A stretch of DNA of 64,000 bases, from assembly GCA_964016885.1 (NCBI GenBank), contig OZ024741.1, positions 84,816,001-84,880,000 of the forward strand, given 5' to 3'. Positions 63,280 through 64,000 of this stretch are shown one piece after another; position 1 is the first letter of the stretch, and each line of letters begins with the position of its first letter. The DNA comes from Eledone cirrhosa. Its lineage: Eukaryota. The position numbers and the translations under genes were made by a program. The notes beneath the pieces are model-generated. The model worked only from the letters and a program-made list of their open reading frames with translations. It was not told the origin of the DNA and ran no database searches.

Positions 63280-64000
63280 TTAGCCATCGGGCTTTAACAC
63301 TGGCTTAAAGTGTTTGAAAGTTGCAAAGTTCTTGTGCATGCAGTTCGGGCAGTGTTCAGAGAGTTTGTTCAGTAGCGGGCCCTTGGCGAATAAAATTTCG
63401 TAGCTCTCTGAAATACAAATGTCGCAGCCCTTGTGTCCTCCGTTGTAAGAGCGCGCTTTCTGGAGTATTTTCCATTTAAGCGTGAAGGGGGTGGAGTTCC
63501 TTTTGCGGTCCCAAACGTAGGAGGCAAGTGTTGTCTGGTTTGATTTGTCCGGTCTTCTGAAGGAGTGGGTATGGGCATACCAACGGGTCTTAAAGTTGTT
63601 GGAGGTCATGCCGATGTAAGTTTTTTTGCAATCATCGGTGCCTGAGATGACATCGCATTTGTATACGATATCATTTGTGAGGCATTTGTTTTCAAGTGGG
63701 CATGCTTCCTTATTTAGGCAATTACACAGAGCCCCAGTCCAGGGATTGGGTTCGGAGGTGGTTGGCTTATTTAATTTTTTAGAATCGTGGTTGGCTATAT
63801 TCCTAGCTAGGTTAGGTGTGGTGGAGTAGGAGAGTCTTATTGTGTTCTTATTAAAGATGGTGTGGTACCTATGTTGTATGGGGAAGTGTAATTTCAGCAA
63901 AGTGAAGAAAATCCTAGCTATCGGAGTAGAGACCTCTCTATTGAAGGGAGGGTTGTACCAGCTAATCTGCCTATGTCTATTCCTCCTCTGCATCTTGCGG
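63280..64000 (-). CDS. Penelope-like element ORF C-terminus (Cys-rich linker plus GIY-YIG endonuclease); may continue beyond the window
   Basis: WYNPPF, CNCLNKEACPLENKC, IVYKC..YIGMT..FKTRW..H, CDICISE and LLNKLSE..C.H motifs in one open frame. Confidence 0.9.
   Translation of the reverse strand, partial: RKMQRRNRHRQISWYNPPFNREVSTPIARIFFTLLKLHFPIQHRYHTIFNKNTIRLSYSTTPNLARNIANHDSKKLNKPTTSEPNPWTGALCNCLNKEACPLENKCLTNDIVYKCDVISGTDDCKKTYIGMTSNNFKTRWYAHTHSFRRPDKSNQTTLASYVWDRKRNSTPFTLKWKILQKARSYNGGHKGCDICISESYEILFAKGPLLNKLSEHCPNCMHKNFATFKHFKPVLKPDG

Overview
AT-rich, microsatellite-dense animal intergenic/intronic DNA. The SINE family and repeat landscape suggest a cephalopod such as Octopus (inference). 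No host gene is convincingly supported, and nearly all short ORFs are translations of microsatellites. The window is a mosaic of mobile elements: (1) two long, disrupted Tx1-type (L1-clade) non-LTR retrotransposons plus three 5'-truncated copies, all on the minus strand and all within (GATA)n arrays; (2) a decayed autonomous Helitron and a short Helitron-like element; (3) RTE-type LINE and hAT transposase relics; (4) tRNA-derived SINEs, two with clear target-site duplications; (5) Penelope-like (GIY-YIG) relics. The most striking unannotated signal is about 20 type I hammerhead ribozyme motifs (intact, variant and partial) from several unrelated sequence families. They lie in short tandem or fold-back cassettes, mostly inserted in (TA)n. 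Wherever orientation can be read, the fold-backs are head-to-head with 3' ends facing outward. They show compensatory stem changes, a recurrent U3-A8 core variant, and a shared GTAT(T/C)GAGTAC motif about 40 nt downstream of the cleavage site. All RNA folds were read by eye and none has been computed or tested.
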